Virus genome (UHGV): UHGV-0240017
Length of the DNA stretch: 64,000 nucleotides
Source: a virus
Direction: 5' to 3' (one strand)
How positions within the stretch are numbered: the first letter of the stretch is position 1; each line of letters opens with the position of its first letter. Position numbers and translations under genes: made by a program. The notes beneath the pieces are model-generated. The model did not search any database. It worked only from the letters and a program-made list of their open reading frames with translations, and was not told the DNA's origin. Positions 28,023 through 38,464 of this stretch are shown in pieces.

Positions 28023-30740
28023 ATGGACGATATTAGTAAATTAACGGGCGACCCCGCCGTAGCTGCAATTCTTCGTAAAACTACGGGCCCAGCACCCCAG
28101 CAACAACGCGGTACGCGTAGCGAGGGTGGTTCTACGCCAACACGTCAGGAACTTGCAGGAATTGTAAGTTCGCGTATTCGTACTATCAAAAATGCGGAAC
28201 GTATCTTTGATGCGTTACCTGAACTCGAAACGATTGTTACCATTGCAACTTCGAGCTTGCTGTCGACAAAAGACTTAATCAACACCACGTTGATTTACGA
28301 CAACATCGCAGACATTCCAATTGACTTACGTAATGACTTACTGACACCAACTCGTGATTATCATGATAACGTACGTCAATTACCTAAGAAATTATATCAG
28401 TGGATTTACGACGCGTTAAAAACAAAAGGCGCAAGTCCAGTGATGATAATCTCGGACAACGGATTTGACCAGCTGTTCGGTTTAGACACCAAAGTCGCTA
28501 CCGAATCCATGCGACGTTCTCAAGCCGCCTATTTCGAGGAACAACTCGGTATTCTCGGTCCAATTAACGCGCAAGGTGACGGGCAACGCGTAGGTGTGGA
28601 ATCTATTCTGAGCCGTGTCCGTGGACCTGTTAATGGACCACAATCACTGAAAATCAATTTCAGTAACCATGATAAGATGTTCTCAGATAAGTTCGAAATG
28701 GACATCACGATTACCGACAACCCACGTATCACGTTACTGCCCCATGCTTATCGTCGAATCGCGCATGAGAACGCTCGTACTGGTCTCTACGGCCAATTAG
28801 AGCAAGCCGCATATGAAAAGCCTGCCACACCGACAGGTGCCACGCCGTATGAAGTTAATCAACAGTTTAACGATCGTCAGCGTGACGCGGCTGAAAACGG
28901 CTTCATTAACTTAGGCGATCTGAACGAAGCGTACAAAGGTACACCAAAAACTCAGACATATGGTGATATTCCGATTATTTCGATGAATGAAAACAATCAA
29001 ATCGAATATTTCGAATGTTTACTCCCTGCTGAGTCTACCGCACCGTTGGTTATCGGTGACGACGTTCGTAACCCTATTGGGTTTCTGACCATTATTGACG
29101 ATATGGGTAACTTCATCAACTCACGTTCTTCACTTTACGGAGACGCGAACTTTATGAACTACCTTAATAATGACGGCATGACAGACAGTATTATCAACCG
29201 CTCTAATTTGGGTTTGGGTAATACCTCTCGTATAACGCCAGAGATCGCCAACCGTTTAAGTGCCCGTTGTAGCGAGATTGCTGAGAACGAATTTACCCGT
29301 GCGTTAAGCCAGGCATTGGGTGGAGCTGAAATCAGCATGAAAATTACCGAAACTTTCGGTCGTATTCTGCTGGCACGTCACCTCGCAAAACGTCACACAC
29401 AGGTTGTCTATATCCCGGTTAATAACTTGTGCTACTTTGCAACGGACTTTAACGAAGATGGTATTGGGGTGTCTATCACTGAGCGTTCCTTTATCATTTC
29501 TACGGTCAGGATGGCGCTGTTGTTCGCAACGATGAACTCTTCAGTGTTGAACTCAGCACGTCACATGCAATACGACATTGAGTTATCGCCGGACGATATG
29601 AACGGCCAGAAAACGGTTGACCAGGTTAAATCGGATATCCTTAACTCCTATAATCGTCGTTTACCGATGTGGGGTGATATCAATGACGCTTGGTCAATGG
29701 GGGCTAATGCCGGGATTGCATTTAACGTGACGGGTAATGAATACTACGCCAGTCATAAAGTGTCAGTTTCGGACACAACGCCCGAGTATAAAGTACCCGA
29801 TCAACAAATCGATGAGAACTTACTCCGTCGTACTTGTCACATCGCGTGTGTAGACCCGGATCTTGTTTTGACGCCGGAAAACCTGGAATTTGCTTCGCAG
29901 ATTTATTCCAAGTCACTGCTGGTCACTCAGCAAATCGTGAAGAAACAAGAAATTCTGTCTACGCCGTTAACACGCTACGTGACAAACAGTTTGCAAGCCT
30001 CTCCTAAGTTACAAGCAGAGTTGATTCGTATTATTGTTGAATATATTCGCAATCAGAATCCTAATGTAACAGGTGAAGACTTGACCAAACAAACGTCAGA
30101 GTATCTGGCGAAGTTCATCAATGGCATGAAAGTCACCTTACCACCACCAGACACTTCAGCTTCTTCTTCACAAGCGGATCTGTTTGATAAACGCTATGAG
30201 TTCATTGAGAAACTGGCGGATCTGGTTGTTACCGACGATATTTCGAATATGCTTCAGAATGAAGGTATCGAAATGCAGCCTGATGATCTCAAGACGATGA
30301 TTAAATCGTTCTATACGCGTAACTGGCTGCGTAATCAAGGCATCGAAACCGATCTGTTTGATTTGATCTACGACGAAGATAAACGTGGTGAAAACGTCAA
30401 GATGATTTCTGATGAAATCGCAGCAGCATCGAAGACGCTGATTCAGTTAGCTAAACGCACAACAGGTAAAGTTGAAACCTTAGCAAAAGCGGCTGATTTG
30501 AATCCTGAGGACGCCAATAACTTCGGCGGGGGTAGCGACTTCGGTGGCGGCTCTGAAGACGACGGTGGCTTAGGGGGCGATGAGGAATTAGGTGGTGACG
30601 ATATGGGCGGTGATGAAGACTTGGACATGTCTGATGATGAAACGACGGAAACCGATACAACAACGGAAGAAGACGTTTCTGCTGAAGACACAGACGAGAC
30701 GGATACCGGTACAGACGACAGCGCCGACGAAACTCTCTAA
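28023..30740 (+). CDS. large hypothetical protein with Gly/Asp/Glu/Thr-rich acidic C-terminal tail
   Basis: 905 aa; last ~75 residues are low-complexity acidic; intrinsic terminator immediately downstream. Confidence 0.6.
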   Translation: MDDISKLTGDPAVAAILRKTTGPAPQQQRGTRSEGGSTPTRQELAGIVSSRIRTIKNAERIFDALPELETIVTIATSSLLSTKDLINTTLIYDNIADIPIDLRNDLLTPTRDYHDNVRQLPKKLYQWIYDALKTKGASPVMIISDNGFDQLFGLDTKVATESMRRSQAAYFEEQLGILGPINAQGDGQRVGVESILSRVRGPVNGPQSLKINFSNHDKMFSDKFEMDITITDNPRITLLPHAYRRIAHENARTGLYGQLEQAAYEKPATPTGATPYEVNQQFNDRQRDAAENGFINLGDLNEAYKGTPKTQTYGDIPIISMNENNQIEYFECLLPAESTAPLVIGDDVRNPIGFLTIIDDMGNFINSRSSLYGDANFMNYLNNDGMTDSIINRSNLGLGNTSRITPEIANRLSARCSEIAENEFTRALSQALGGAEISMKITETFGRILLARHLAKRHTQVVYIPVNNLCYFATDFNEDGIGVSITERSFIISTVRMALLFATMNSSVLNSARHMQYDIELSPDDMNGQKTVDQVKSDILNSYNRRLPMWGDINDAWSMGANAGIAFNVTGNEYYASHKVSVSDTTPEYKVPDQQIDENLLRRTCHIACVDPDLVLTPENLEFASQIYSKSLLVTQQIVKKQEILSTPLTRYVTNSLQASPKLQAELIRIIVEYIRNQNPNVTGEDLTKQTSEYLAKFINGMKVTLPPPDTSASSSQADLFDKRYEFIEKLADLVVTDDISNMLQNEGIEMQPDDLKTMIKSFYTRNWLRNQGIETDLFDLIYDEDKRGENVKMISDEIAAASKTLIQLAKRTTGKVETLAKAADLNPEDANNFGGGSDFGGGSEDDGGLGGDEELGGDDMGGDEDLDMSDDETTETDTTTEEDVSAEDTDETDTGTDDSADETL

Positions 30741-30743
30741 ATA

Positions 30744-30807
30744 GCAAAAAAAAAATAATTCGAGCTTACTCCGACCCTTCTGGGGTCGGAGTGGCTTTTC
30801 TTTTTTT
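30744..30807. terminator. bidirectional intrinsic terminator between convergent genes
   Basis: ctccgaccc-ttct-ggggtcggag hairpin with an A-run upstream and a T-run downstream on the plus strand. Confidence 0.75.
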
Positions 30808-31106
30808 CACCACGCTATCTCGTCTTTCTTAATAGCAAGGTCTAGCATCACTCCTATTGCTAAGGGATCGTTATCGTACGCCGTCAGTTTAGCTAACAGT
30901 TCCGACTGACCTGATTTCTTGACGGCTTTCAGTAGCTCATTGCGGGCATTATAGTAGATAAGCCAGTATCTACCGTGATTGATTTTGGTGTTTGAATGCT
31001 CTAATAAGTAGCGATTAAACTCCATTGTTGCTTTGGTTTCAGGTAGCTCAAAACGAAAACGTGGGCTACGTTCGTAGTCTACATTAATAACGACATATTT
31101 AATCAT
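30807..31106 (-). CDS. hypothetical protein
   Basis: 99-aa ORF. Confidence 0.5.
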   Translation of the reverse strand: MIKYVVINVDYERSPRFRFELPETKATMEFNRYLLEHSNTKINHGRYWLIYYNARNELLKAVKKSGQSELLAKLTAYDNDPLAIGVMLDLAIKKDEIAW

Positions 31107-31147
31107 TTCCTCATTCCCTCACTATAGTGGGCGGCTATAATAAATTG

Positions 31148-31182
31148 GGGAATAAAAATAAAGGAGGAGAGCCGAAGCTCTC
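31148..31182 (-). terminator. intrinsic terminator (UUCG loop)
   Basis: ggagagc-cgaa-gctctcc preceded on the plus strand by an A-rich run. Confidence 0.65.
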
Positions 31183-31193
31183 CTGTGGGGCGA

Positions 31194-31442
31194 TTAGACA
31201 ATAGCGGCAATACGTTCTTCTAACAACAACTTCTCTGCGGCCATTACCTCCAGTTCCGCAGTGATCAGTTTCACTTGGCGATCGTCAATGAAAATTGGGC
31301 GTTTTTCAATGAACTGTTCGCGTTCGTGCATCCGAACTTGGAGTTGGTATAACTCCAGATTAAGCTGTTGCTTTAAACGAGCGGCGGTATCAATCTCCTT
31401 TAACTCAATTTTTGTATTACTATAATCAACATAGGCTGCCAT
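31194..31442 (-). CDS. small coiled-coil protein
   Basis: 82 aa; heptad-like Leu/Glu pattern. Confidence 0.5.
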   Translation of the reverse strand: MAAYVDYSNTKIELKEIDTAARLKQQLNLELYQLQVRMHEREQFIEKRPIFIDDRQVKLITAELEVMAAEKLLLEERIAAIV

Positions 31443-31486
31443 GTTACTGTCCTGTGGTGTCTATAGATTAGGGGGCACGAAGCCCC

Positions 31487-33139
31487 TTAGTAACGCACCG
31501 GTGCGGTAATTTCACCATTGCTAAGCAGCGTATACGATGCCGACGGGGTAGCCAGCTTCACAATAGCTTCAGGTGCGCGTTGGTTAATTGCTTCATAGAT
31601 ACCGACAATAGGTTCAAACGCATTACCGAATGAGGAAATCTCTACGATATTGCGTCCTTTTGCAGACGGGTAATCCGCAGGCAGCTGAATGGTGTAAGTT
31701 ACGCGGCAAATTTCAATAGCACGATCGTTAGATTTCAGACGGAAATGCAGCTTACGAACAGAACGTGCAACCAGCAAGCACAGTTCGCGGAAGAAATCCG
31801 CAGCCGTGGTTACACCATTTTCACCGATAGTGCGCGGGAACAGCGTGTCACGGAAGTATTCGAGATCGCTTAAGTTACAATCGAATTGTACAAATTTCGT
31901 ACCTGGAATTCCTTTACCGTAGTTTGTCGCAACAGCAATCGCGTTATGAACCAAAACAGTGAGTGTTGCGTTAAACTGCTGACAGAACTCCACACAGCTT
32001 TGTTTCAGTGTATCCGGCTCCTCTGCCTGAGTATTGAAATATTGCAGTAGGCGCTCAGACATTTTACGGATGCGGAACACCTCATCGATCGTACGCTTCA
32101 GCATTTCTTCCGGATCGTCAATATCGCGAATATCTTCGATACCATCGATTGCCTGGCGGGTGGCAGTATAAAATTCTTGAAGGTAAGTTTTGCTCGAGTC
32201 CGTACTTACCATCGGGAACAATTTATACTCACTTTCGGTTTTCACCATCACGTCCGCTTCATCATAGACGCAATAATCGATGTCTTTATTATCGATGATT
32301 TCGTCAACCTTTTCTGACCAATTGTGATGGCTAGAATACGGTGAATTTTTGATGCGTTCGTTAAGTTCTTTTGGCGTAAGAATGTTTTTCTTAATCTGTT
32401 CTCTAAGTTCGTGATCTAAATAGTCTTCCACAATTTCTACCCGGAAATGATCGATGATAGGTTTATTGTAACGTTCGACAAGTTCTTCGATAGTTTTCTC
32501 GTCGAGCTCACGCGGCTTGTTAGCTTCCACCATAGAGTGCGAAACAGTCGGTTGTGGCTGTGCCTGTTGCACGGGTTGTTGTGCAGGCTGTTGTGCAGGC
32601 TGACCGAAGTTACCTTGCGGTTGCGCTGATTGCTTCTGTGCCGCTGTACGCGGATCGTAAGTTGACATTGGGATAGAACCCCCTTCTACCGCTGTTGCTG
32701 GTCGTGGGCTACCGTGGCCACTGCCTGTAAAGCTAGACGCGGGCATCGCTAAGCTCGGCGAAGCGGGCATTGTTGGGCCAGCGAAAGAGCTCGAATGTCC
32801 CATAAGCTGTTTAGCTTGTACCGCATACTGATTCGCCGTACGGAATTCCTGTTCCAGCTGGCTGTGAATACGCGGGTCCAATGGCTGCATACCACGCCCC
32901 AGTAAGTCACTATACAGCGTCGATTTAAATGTTGCCAGAATCGCCGATGCAGTTTCGTTATCTGGAAGACGGTTGTATACAAACCACGTGGCGACGGTAA
33001 CGGCATTATCCATGTATTTGTCGTCATTCATTCCGGCAGCACGTGCTTGATTACAAAGGTATGATAAAAGTTCGTCGCGGCCACTAGAGATTGTGCTATA
33101 GATGTGGTTACGAATTGCGTCTTTATTGACAGTTGCCAT
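31487..33139 (-). CDS. hypothetical protein with Gln/Pro-rich low-complexity linker
   Basis: 550 aa; linker QPQGNFGQPAQQPAQQPVQQAQPQP between two globular-looking parts. Confidence 0.55.
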   Translation of the reverse strand: MATVNKDAIRNHIYSTISSGRDELLSYLCNQARAAGMNDDKYMDNAVTVATWFVYNRLPDNETASAILATFKSTLYSDLLGRGMQPLDPRIHSQLEQEFRTANQYAVQAKQLMGHSSSFAGPTMPASPSLAMPASSFTGSGHGSPRPATAVEGGSIPMSTYDPRTAAQKQSAQPQGNFGQPAQQPAQQPVQQAQPQPTVSHSMVEANKPRELDEKTIEELVERYNKPIIDHFRVEIVEDYLDHELREQIKKNILTPKELNERIKNSPYSSHHNWSEKVDEIIDNKDIDYCVYDEADVMVKTESEYKLFPMVSTDSSKTYLQEFYTATRQAIDGIEDIRDIDDPEEMLKRTIDEVFRIRKMSERLLQYFNTQAEEPDTLKQSCVEFCQQFNATLTVLVHNAIAVATNYGKGIPGTKFVQFDCNLSDLEYFRDTLFPRTIGENGVTTAADFFRELCLLVARSVRKLHFRLKSNDRAIEICRVTYTIQLPADYPSAKGRNIVEISSFGNAFEPIVGIYEAINQRAPEAIVKLATPSASYTLLSNGEITAPVRY

Positions 33140-33178
33140 TATTATACTCCTGTTACGTCTTTTCTATAATTTAATTCG

Positions 33179-34954
33179 TTAACGGCCAATCTTCGCAATG
33201 TCTTCTTCAGTTGCTTGGATCAAGTCGTTGAGTTTTGGATTACGTACCATCACCAGTTGGGTATTCGTCTTCATATACGGATTGAGGATGCCCGATTTGA
33301 ACGGTGATGATTTCGGAATGTAATACACGTTACCACATTCCAGATGAGATGCAGAGGCATGTTTTGTCCGGTCGTTAAGGTTAACCGTCTTACCGCCCTT
33401 ACTGCTACGTTTTGATTCTGTTTCTGTCTGGCTGATAGCATGGGTTGAAACCCCCAGCACCATAGACTCTGTAGAAGCGTTGAAATAACTTACACCGCCG
33501 TTACCGGTAATGTTGCGCAATACCAGGCTGGTTACAATGTCTTTATTCAACGCACTGCGTATCATGTTCGCACAAGACTCCGGTGTTCTATTCTCCGTTT
33601 GTCCCAAGTGAAAACGAATCGCAGCAATGGTAGGTGTAAAGCCACGTTCACCCAATAACAGGTAATCTGTTACGGTCAGACGTTTTCCATACATTGACGG
33701 AATATCACCTTGTTTCGTGAGGCGTGTTCTCACCATCAACTTCGTCGCGTACCAGAAGAAATCAAACATATCCATATCGTCCGGGATATCGGGATCTGAC
33801 ATCATTAACTCGCCACGGAATGTTGAGTTAACGTAGCGTTCACACTCCGTATAGTGTTTCGTCATGCTGTGTGCCAGTTCAATATCTGACGGTTTAAGTC
33901 CAACAATACTTCTCCCCAAAATCTCCCGCCAAATTGCGGAGGAATTCAGGTTTAGAACATCGTCCTCCATTGCAAGTTCGTTAATAGCGGTAAACAACGG
34001 CGGTAAAGGAACAACGTTGCCGTTTTTAATCGCTTGCTTTCCGCAATAATAGTGCGCTGCTTTAAAGAATGCAGAAATCGCCACGAGTAATAAGTGCTCG
34101 TTTTGATCCCATCCCGCTTTATCGAGATTCGGTAAAGCCTCTGCAGGAACCGTCACTACGTACATAATCGACCGATTATGTTTAGGCTCACCTGAACCGA
34201 TTACTACTTTTTTATCGAGATCGATTTCAGGTACTTTGAATGCAGGATATATCTCCACATCCACGCCAGTATAACGTTTGATGGCTTCCTTAAATCCATA
34301 ACGTCCGAATAGCCAGTACATTAACGGCTTTTCGTCCGTGTCAGGATGTGTGGCGTTTTTGGCTTTAAACAGATTGTTTGTTCCTGGCAAGAACAACTCT
34401 TCTTTCTTCCCATTCACTAAAATACGTACCGGGTGCTTACAGAATTTTAGTGACGCTTTACGTTTAAAGTCAAAATTAACAAACACCCCACCGTGCTCAC
34501 GACAGATACCCGGCTGATGAATAACAGGTGCAACGTGATATGTTGTTCCGTAATAGTTCATCAACCCACCACGACGAATGAAAGGCAAGTTAATCGGTCT
34601 TGAGATCGGCCTTGAGTCGCCAGGAATACGGAACGACGACATGACCATATACGCATCGGTATTCGCTATAGACATCACACCACGACGCTTATCCATCCTG
34701 CTGCTCTCTGAACGAGACAGCTTATAGATAAAAGTTTCGAACGGCGACATTAAACGAACACCCAACACGGCCAAGCCTTCAGGAACACGAGGGTTCTCTA
34801 CAGGATGGTAATCTAGCTCACGTTTCAAGATTCGATGAACGCGATCATGAATACCATCTTTGGCTTGCGTATAACCGACTCCTTCCGCAATCGCACGGTT
34901 AAAGGGTACTATTTTACCACTCTCTTTAAGCTTTTTGATTGCATCTTTAAACAC
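33179..34954 (-). CDS. hypothetical protein
   Basis: 591-aa ORF. Confidence 0.55.
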   Translation of the reverse strand: MFKDAIKKLKESGKIVPFNRAIAEGVGYTQAKDGIHDRVHRILKRELDYHPVENPRVPEGLAVLGVRLMSPFETFIYKLSRSESSRMDKRRGVMSIANTDAYMVMSSFRIPGDSRPISRPINLPFIRRGGLMNYYGTTYHVAPVIHQPGICREHGGVFVNFDFKRKASLKFCKHPVRILVNGKKEELFLPGTNNLFKAKNATHPDTDEKPLMYWLFGRYGFKEAIKRYTGVDVEIYPAFKVPEIDLDKKVVIGSGEPKHNRSIMYVVTVPAEALPNLDKAGWDQNEHLLLVAISAFFKAAHYYCGKQAIKNGNVVPLPPLFTAINELAMEDDVLNLNSSAIWREILGRSIVGLKPSDIELAHSMTKHYTECERYVNSTFRGELMMSDPDIPDDMDMFDFFWYATKLMVRTRLTKQGDIPSMYGKRLTVTDYLLLGERGFTPTIAAIRFHLGQTENRTPESCANMIRSALNKDIVTSLVLRNITGNGGVSYFNASTESMVLGVSTHAISQTETESKRSSKGGKTVNLNDRTKHASASHLECGNVYYIPKSSPFKSGILNPYMKTNTQLVMVRNPKLNDLIQATEEDIAKIGR

Positions 34955-34964
34955 GCCATGCTCC

Positions 34965-35975
34965 TTACGTTAGCATCCCTATAAATGCGACACCCGCCGC
35001 CAAATACGCAGGGACAGATTTAAATAGGTCTGAGCCGTCCTTACGAATGTAAGAACGCGTCTCGTAGAATTCTTTACGCGCCTCAGCCCGTGACTTCGCT
35101 TCCAATTCCTGTTGCTTGAATGCTAAAGTCAATCGCTCCTTTTCTAAAGCCATGCTCTGTAGTTGTTTCTTGTGTTCCAATTCTAGCTTGTCTTTTGCCG
35201 AATCCAAGCTTTCTAATTTTTCTTTGTACTGCTCCTCTAAACGCTGCTTAATCTCAAAGAGACCGGGAACCGCTTCTTGCCATCGAAACGCGTCAGCCGC
35301 TGCCTCATCCTTAAATAATCTAAACGGTGAAGTAATGTCGTCAAATTCAAAATGAATCATTCGACTGCCTTCCACCCTCGTTCCACCTCCTATTATCATG
35401 TAAACGCCCGGTTCATAATAGCGTGACGTTATTGGTTCGATTTTCATTTTCGTACCGTAGAAACGTAGCCACCGATAATTGTCAGGCTCGTCGTAGCGCT
35501 GCACAACAACAACACCCAATGTAAATTCAGTGCGCTCACCTCCAGGGCGCATAGTTGGGGGTTTACTATCTAAGCGTATCGGTGTTGTTGAGAAAGCAAA
35601 GCCTAATTGCTTTAGTACAACCAAATCTCCTCGCAGCAACGCACCAACATCGTTTACTGCATACTCTAACGTTACCTCCCCTTTTTCTTTCAATTGGTCG
35701 CAAAAGCGAGAAAACTGTTTTCCCGGCATCAGTTCAGCAAACCCATTGAGATTCGCACATCTTCCGTATGATTGATACGTCACGTAAACGATAACCCCAT
35801 GCTCATCAGCGGGGTTTTTCGAAGCATTTAAAATAAAGCTACCGCCACTGGTTTCAGTGACGTGGATAGGCACGCCAGTGTTATTTTCAAACGTAACAAG
35901 TTTCCTCAATCCAGACGTTTGACATAACGAGCGTTCAGAGATACTGGGCACCACATCAATATCAAGACGTTTCAT
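34965..35975 (-). CDS. hypothetical protein with C-terminal coiled coil and terminal hydrophobic anchor
   Basis: 336 aa; Glu/Lys-rich coiled coil near the C-terminus ending in AYLAAGVAFIGMLT. Confidence 0.5.
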   Translation of the reverse strand: MKRLDIDVVPSISERSLCQTSGLRKLVTFENNTGVPIHVTETSGGSFILNASKNPADEHGVIVYVTYQSYGRCANLNGFAELMPGKQFSRFCDQLKEKGEVTLEYAVNDVGALLRGDLVVLKQLGFAFSTTPIRLDSKPPTMRPGGERTEFTLGVVVVQRYDEPDNYRWLRFYGTKMKIEPITSRYYEPGVYMIIGGGTRVEGSRMIHFEFDDITSPFRLFKDEAAADAFRWQEAVPGLFEIKQRLEEQYKEKLESLDSAKDKLELEHKKQLQSMALEKERLTLAFKQQELEAKSRAEARKEFYETRSYIRKDGSDLFKSVPAYLAAGVAFIGMLT

Positions 35976-36100
35976 GGGAACCCAAGCTAAATTTTAATGA
36001 TGACACATATCTTTAGTTTAAACTGTATTTTTTCCATACATACTCCTTTAAAACCAACTGGCCGTCTCCCTTTAATAATATCTATCCAAAAAATAATAGA

Positions 36101-36142
36101 AAGAAAAAAAAATAAAAGGTCTAAGCCCCGAAGGGCTTAGAC
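36101..36142 (-). terminator. strong intrinsic terminator after the capsid-like gene
   Basis: gtctaagcccc-gaag-gggcttagac stem (UUCG on minus strand) flanked by a 17-nt A/T run. Confidence 0.75.
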
Positions 36143-36157
36143 TCTTTTTAAGCAAGA

Positions 36158-38452
36158 TTACTTACCAGCAGCAGCTTTGCCTTCGCCAGCAACGTTACCT
36201 GCTACACCACCTTCGGTTTGTTTCTGACCGTTCTGTTCAACAGAAACATTGTAAGCCAGTTTTTCTTCAACCAGTTTGGTGATGCCTTTAACCCAGATCA
36301 GACCAGTGATCGGGCAGTGGCAGATGTGCGCGTTGCGCGGCTGTACGGCCAGCTCTTTAGAGGTAGAACCGTTACGCTGAATGTTGATGTTAGTAACCAT
36401 GATCGGAGACCAGAAGTGGTTACCCCAGTTCAGCACGTTGTAGGAACCATCGTCCGCAGTCGGAACTTTCAGGAACCATTGCAGACGACGAGTCCAGGAA
36501 CCGTCAGCTGCGTTGTAGATACGCCAGCGGTCATCGTTGGTGGTGATCACTTCGTATTCGTAGCGATCGCCCAGCAGACGTTGGTCACCTTGTACCAGCA
36601 GCAGCATGGATGCAGTCGGTTCGTCGGTTGCAATAACAACCTTCGGCAGAATGTCCGGATCGGCAGTGTACAGACGCAGCGCAGGAATGAAGCGAGATTC
36701 CTGGATAGCCTGAGTTACCTGATTACCGATACGCTGTACCAGGCCCTGACGAGCGTTGATCAGTGCATCTTTGGTATCCAGGGACTGTACAACTTTATCA
36801 ACGTTGTAGTCAGACTCTTTGAACCACGGAGCAACCCAGTGACGGCCCAGGCCACGAATGGCCGGTTTGTCCCACGGAGTGATCATGCTTGCAGCAGCGT
36901 TACGTACCGCTTCGGTGTAAGACAGCGTCTGAGTGATAGCCAGCTGTTCGTTACGGATGTTAACTGCGGAAATCAGGTCGTCCAGACGTTCGGTATCGTC
37001 GTATTCAACGCCAACCGGAGACTTGGTCAGAATCGGAGAACCGTATTGCAGCTTGTAGTTTTCTTGTTCCCAGATTGGGTCGAGCAGCAGACCCTGGGTA
37101 CGACGGTTTTCGTTGGTACGAGTACCATCGAAGCGCCAGCCGATCAGTTCAAGTTTCAGATTTTCCAGGACAGCTTTGCCGGTACCAGTCTTGATATCAA
37201 CTTTGTTACCGGTAGCGTCGTACAGACCTTCGATTTCCAGTTTGTGACCAGCAATGTCAACTTTACCACCGAACTGACCGGTAGTGAACAGAGACATGTT
37301 GATGGTGATCACGTAACGCAGAGTGTAGGAGTTCTGTTCCAGTGTTTTCAGAGCCGGAATAGCTTCGCCTTTCCAGTCGGTAGTTTTCGCGTTCAGAGAG
37401 AACGCAGTACGACGGAATTGCAGTACCAGCTCACGGCCATCACCTTCAGCAGGACGCTGGAAGGTTGCGAACTGCATGTCACGAACGTGCAGTTTAATGA
37501 ATTTACCTGCTTTTGCATCTTCAGCCGCTTTACGTACGGAAATCAGCAGGCTGCCCAGAGCACAACCCGGCGCGATTTCATCAGTTTCGTCGTAACCTTC
37601 GATGACGATACCCGGATGCGCAGACAGCTGGAACAGGTTCAGAGTGTCTTTAGCAAAACTCAGGTAGTTAGTCGGGTACGGAGGTACACGGCCCAGGCGA
37701 ACAGATTCGTTCGGTACCAGATCTTCGCTTACGAAGTATTCCGCGTTTTCACCGGTTTCCATTACGTAAGGAACGATGTTGATCGCTTCGTCCTGGAGAA
37801 CGGTGTGGTCAGTCAGCGCTTCGTGCAGGTTACGACGATGATCTTCAACAACATCTTTGCTCAGCAGTGCGTTCATTACACCACGAGAAACGGTGGTCAC
37901 TTTGGTACGTACGGTAATACCAACATCGTTGGTGTCAACAGTGATGGTCGGGAACAGAGTCTCAGCGAAACGAGACTGGGTTTCCAGAGCACGTACGTTC
38001 AGCGTCCAGGTCAGACCCAGGTTTTTGTCGTAGTCTTTGTTGGTGTAGTATTCCTGAGCGACAACCATACGCTCTTTGCCCCAGTCGCCGTTACCAGCTT
38101 GGGAACCAGGAATCGCAACGTCCAGGTTAAAACGGCTATGGAATTCTGGCTTAGCGTATTCTTGCGCTACTTTTTCTTGCAGGTCCATACCGTGACCAGC
38201 AGCACCCAGAATCATTGCAGAAGCAACTTCCGCAGCGTGGGACATTTTCTTACCGCCAGCAAACGCGTTTGCGTAGTGCTGTGCAGCATCGTCACGCAGG
38301 GTACCAAAAACTTTCGTGTTGCTACGTACAGACTCACCAGCAACGATGGTGTTCCACATTTCGCCAGCAGTGTTGTTACTAATGACGCTTTGTACCAGCG
38401 AGTTACCAGCTTGTACGAGTTTCTCCAGATTAGAGATTCGGGTATCTTTCAT
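36158..38452 (-). CDS. major capsid protein candidate (large jumbo-phage-type)
   Basis: 764 aa; extreme codon bias; strong terminator; A-x-E sites in the N-terminal ~150 aa (AGE, AAE, AQE); size matches phiKZ-like capsid proteins as I recall. A tail sheath is the alternative. Confidence 0.45.
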   Translation of the reverse strand: MKDTRISNLEKLVQAGNSLVQSVISNNTAGEMWNTIVAGESVRSNTKVFGTLRDDAAQHYANAFAGGKKMSHAAEVASAMILGAAGHGMDLQEKVAQEYAKPEFHSRFNLDVAIPGSQAGNGDWGKERMVVAQEYYTNKDYDKNLGLTWTLNVRALETQSRFAETLFPTITVDTNDVGITVRTKVTTVSRGVMNALLSKDVVEDHRRNLHEALTDHTVLQDEAINIVPYVMETGENAEYFVSEDLVPNESVRLGRVPPYPTNYLSFAKDTLNLFQLSAHPGIVIEGYDETDEIAPGCALGSLLISVRKAAEDAKAGKFIKLHVRDMQFATFQRPAEGDGRELVLQFRRTAFSLNAKTTDWKGEAIPALKTLEQNSYTLRYVITINMSLFTTGQFGGKVDIAGHKLEIEGLYDATGNKVDIKTGTGKAVLENLKLELIGWRFDGTRTNENRRTQGLLLDPIWEQENYKLQYGSPILTKSPVGVEYDDTERLDDLISAVNIRNEQLAITQTLSYTEAVRNAAASMITPWDKPAIRGLGRHWVAPWFKESDYNVDKVVQSLDTKDALINARQGLVQRIGNQVTQAIQESRFIPALRLYTADPDILPKVVIATDEPTASMLLLVQGDQRLLGDRYEYEVITTNDDRWRIYNAADGSWTRRLQWFLKVPTADDGSYNVLNWGNHFWSPIMVTNINIQRNGSTSKELAVQPRNAHICHCPITGLIWVKGITKLVEEKLAYNVSVEQNGQKQTEGGVAGNVAGEGKAAAGK

Positions 38453-38464
38453 TTGTTTAATACC

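Noticed and set aside
30443-30747. Minus-strand ORFs 30443..30691 and 30451..30747
   Set aside because: Antisense to the low-complexity acidic-tail coding region of 28023..30740; Ser/Pro/Arg-rich translations are artefacts of the GA-rich repeat.
31110-31140. T7-like promoter (CACTATAG)
   Set aside because: The element is a symmetric palindrome without the upstream TAATACGACT-type recognition region, and only one copy was seen.
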